Sequence record: SRR20825006_1617
Length of the DNA: 38,050 nucleotides
Strand: one strand, 5' to 3'
The translations under genes were made by a program, and so were the position numbers. The notes under the pieces were generated by a model. It was not told the origin of the DNA. It made no database searches and saw only the letters and a list, made by a program, of their open reading frames with translations. Shown here one piece after another: positions 36,653 to 38,050 of the stretch (position 1 is the stretch's first letter; every line of letters begins with the position of its first letter).

Positions 36653-37144
36653 ATGACCATGGCCGGGCAGATAGTACTGGCAATCGTGATCGGACTGTTG
36701 ATTGGCTCCGTGCTTGGTTTGCTGATCTGGAAAGGCTGGATGGTTCGTCATCGCAAGGCCCTCATGCTGGCGGAGCAGGATCGCAATGCAGCGCAATATA
36801 CGCAGATACTCGATAGCCTTGAGGTGCTCTGCCGCGCGATTGATCAGAAGCAGGTCGAGCTGAGTGAGGCGGCCATTCGCATCAGTGCCTTGCTGGACAG
36901 CCTGCCGGCGGATATTTCCCCGAAAGTGGATGTGGCGGCAGTCCATCAGTTTGCAGAGACCTGCCAGCAGTTTGATCGGGGAGAGGTTCGCCAGGGGCTG
37001 ACCGCTCGGGCCCGTTATAATCAGGACAATTACCGTTGGCAGCTGGAAGAGGAGCAGGCTGCGGTTGTTGGCGAGGCCGTTCAGCGGCTGGTAACGGTGT
37101 TGCCGTCCTGGCGTTCGGTGTTGCTGTCAGGCTCATCCAGGTAG
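36653..37144 (+). CDS. DUF2489-like membrane-anchored protein
   Basis: N-terminal TM helix, then SLEVLCRAI.QKQVELSEAAIRISALLD; AGGAG RBS. Confidence 0.75.
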   Translation: MTMAGQIVLAIVIGLLIGSVLGLLIWKGWMVRHRKALMLAEQDRNAAQYTQILDSLEVLCRAIDQKQVELSEAAIRISALLDSLPADISPKVDVAAVHQFAETCQQFDRGEVRQGLTARARYNQDNYRWQLEEEQAAVVGEAVQRLVTVLPSWRSVLLSGSSR

Positions 37145-37845
37145 CGAAAATCGGTCAGTTCGATACGGCCGCGGATGAACGGGTTTTCCCGGTGATCCAT
37201 TCGTACCATGAAATAATCCAGTTCCCGGGCGGCCCAGAATTCGGAATGGCGGCCCCGCTCTGCGTAATCCCGCTCCAGACCTGTTGCCTGCCAGATGCCC
37301 GCTGGCGTTTCCAGTGAATCCGTGCCCAATGATGCATAGTGGTAGTCGGTCATCCCATCCGGCTCGGCGACGGCATAACTGAAGGCGGCATCGCCGTTGG
37401 CCATGTGGCAGCGTGCCACCATGGCGACGCTGAGCGCATCCAGGGTGTCTGTTGCCAGTGCGTAGGTGGCTTTACTGCCCAGGGCTTGGCCTGTTTCCCA
37501 GTCGAAGCGGATTTCACCGCCTCGCTGCATACCGAAGCCGGCACTGGCATGTTCATAGTGGTAGGGGGTGGCTTCGCAGTTATGCCAGTCGAAATGGGCG
37601 CTTTCTTTGTGACTGAATAGCCGGTTGCGGGCGGTAAATTCCAGCCGGTAACCGGGCTCGGCTTTTTCCAGACGAATAGTGGCGCTGAGGCCCACAGGAA
37701 TGCCATTGACGACGACCCGATAAGTGCCTTCGGCGGGGCGGAGTTCGGCGGGGAAGGGCTGCTGCGCTACCACTGGCTGGCACGCCATAAACGCCAGGCC
37801 GTACAGCAGCCATGCCGGCACGAATATTCCAGTATGATTCGCCAC
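37081..37845 (-). CDS. DUF3108-like exported protein
   Basis: Signal-like segment, beta-rich body, LETPAGIWQA, FWAARELDYFMVRM; GTG start near 37845 is uncertain. Confidence 0.7.
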   Translation of the reverse strand: MANHTGIFVPAWLLYGLAFMACQPVVAQQPFPAELRPAEGTYRVVVNGIPVGLSATIRLEKAEPGYRLEFTARNRLFSHKESAHFDWHNCEATPYHYEHASAGFGMQRGGEIRFDWETGQALGSKATYALATDTLDALSVAMVARCHMANGDAAFSYAVAEPDGMTDYHYASLGTDSLETPAGIWQATGLERDYAERGRHSEFWAARELDYFMVRMDHRENPFIRGRIELTDFRYLDEPDSNTERQDGNTVTSR

Positions 37846-38050
37846 TTTCCCTGTGTTCCTGCTCTGTTGGGGGCGGTGAAACTGCCATGTGCTTTCCGGT
37901 GTCTTTCTGGCAAGCCAAGATGGTCCACATGACATAACTGTGCACGTCATTGCTGACAGTTGTGTTTCAGGATGGCCAGATACAAAGGCCTGTTCATCTG
38001 CCCCGATGTTTGTATGAGCCCCTGAAAGACTGAGTACGCAAGGAGTTATT

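Noticed and set aside
38041..38050. AGGAG at the window edge suggesting a next plus-strand gene
   Set aside because: No start codon or coding sequence inside the window to support a call.

Overview
About 38 kb of ordinary, densely coding chromosome from a GC-rich gammaproteobacterium. Gene order and sequence style suggest Alcanivorax or another Oceanospirillales-like genome (inference). The left ~19.6 kb follows the order I recall from the Pseudomonas PA1810-PA1847 region: tandem yejA-like SBPs, mltD, gloB, yafS-like methyltransferase, rnhA, dnaQ, nhaB, fimL, nudC, sohB, yhdH, DUF934-cysI and nfuA with an IscR box. The middle (19.7-29.9 kb) holds an M48 peptidase, two UbiB/ABC1 atypical kinases, rluA, a Lon protease outside the clpX-lon-hupB locus, a lipase and a DMT transporter. 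Each kinase is divergently paired with a putative protein-lysine methyltransferase (one SET, one METTL21-like class I). The right part has thpR, a YbhB/YbcL gene, a REP doublet, tRNA-Pro(CGG), rlmG, a methionine-salvage operon (mtnA-B-D-C) led by a PGPGW-type membrane protein, and two DUF genes. I see no integrase, transposase, CRISPR array, rRNA or prophage. The best candidates for undescribed biology are the kinase/methyltransferase pairs, a structured leader upstream of the DMT gene, a REP doublet whose two arms share an insertion, and the membrane gene coupled to mtnA. All family calls come from motif recognition, not database searches.
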